From Octopus bimaculoides (taxonomy: Eukaryota), in the NCBI RefSeq assembly GCF_001194135.2, contig NC_068993.1:47051597-47088458 (forward strand): a stretch of DNA of 36,862 nt. The letters run 5' to 3'. The notes below the pieces were generated by a model. The model had not been told where the DNA came from, searched no databases, and saw only the letters and a list, made by a program, of their open reading frames with translations. Both the position numbers and the translations under genes were made by a program. Position 1 is the first letter of the stretch; each line of letters starts with the position of its first letter. This document shows, piece by piece, positions 36,080 to 36,862 of this stretch.

Positions 36080-36699
36080 TTGCGTGTGTATATATATGTG
36101 TGCGTGCGAGTGTAGTTGTTTGCTTCCAGCACTCAATAAACTGTCAACGGACAAAGCTGAATACCCAGTCAGCCGTGCCAAAATTGAAGCGTCCAAACAG
36201 TCACGCGCAGTCGTTTCGTTCCAGACTTCCCTGAATCCATGTACACTAAAATTTGTTCTTACTAAAATGCAAGTCGATTTGGCGTTTTTAGTTATGTTGA
36301 GTCTACAAATACTTTACATTCAACTTAGCATCTAATTTTGTCGTTATTTTCCATTTCTGTTTTCTTTTCTTCCTTTCTTGATTGAAGGTTAGTTTTGATT
36401 ATATCCCGACCCTGTCCGCTATGTATAAATATATCATATTTGAGAATATCTCTGTACTGTAATTGAATCAGGTTTCTGATATATGAATTGTAAAATAATT
36501 TTAAAGCGCTGTCAAAATGTATGGAACAGTAAAAAAAAGTAACACATGTGTATGATAATCTAGTAAAAAAAAAAATAATATTGAAATATTTCCATACCAG
36601 AATTACTTTCTTTCCATGTAATTGCTTCAGTTTTAGCATACGCGCTCAGATCATGTCATTTGCTAGACAAGTACAACAGCTATATATGTGTATCTTTAT

Positions 36700-36706
36700 C
36701 TATCTG

Positions 36707-36770
<64 letters not shown>

Positions 36771-36862
36771 CACACACACATGTATATATACACATATACA
36801 ATATTTATGTTTATATGCAGATATATTTTAAACATGATGTATATATATATATATATATATAT
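36700..36862. repeat. (TCTA)n/(TA)n microsatellites
   Basis: Directly visible. Confidence 0.95.

Overview
This is eukaryotic, AT-rich, repeat-saturated draft-assembly DNA. The SINE families and extreme microsatellite load resemble a coleoid cephalopod such as Octopus, but that is an inference from recalled repeat consensuses. About 3.6 kb (13 N-gaps) is unsequenced. I find no intact protein-coding gene, tRNA/rRNA gene or CRISPR array. Nearly all entries in the ORF track are translations of microsatellites or N-gaps. What can be supported is a fossil record of mobile elements: a full-length but dead mariner (4102-5357), a mariner MITE, two hAT-type MITEs, Helitron pieces, fragments of Penelope-like (GIY-YIG), R4/Dong-like (RLE) and RTE-like retroelements, and at least four tRNA-derived SINE families. 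The most interesting signals are: (i) three hammerhead-ribozyme-like motifs, one with an intact catalytic core (23825-23861); (ii) two stacked R4/Dong-like 3' ends in a (TAA)n tract; (iii) a plausible + strand host exon (14631-14843) bracketed by a ~90%-identical inverted SINE pair; (iv) a gap-free 35-bp motif dispersed four times. None of this amounts to a demonstrated novel system. All family assignments are by-eye motif recognition and need Dfam/Repbase/BLAST confirmation.
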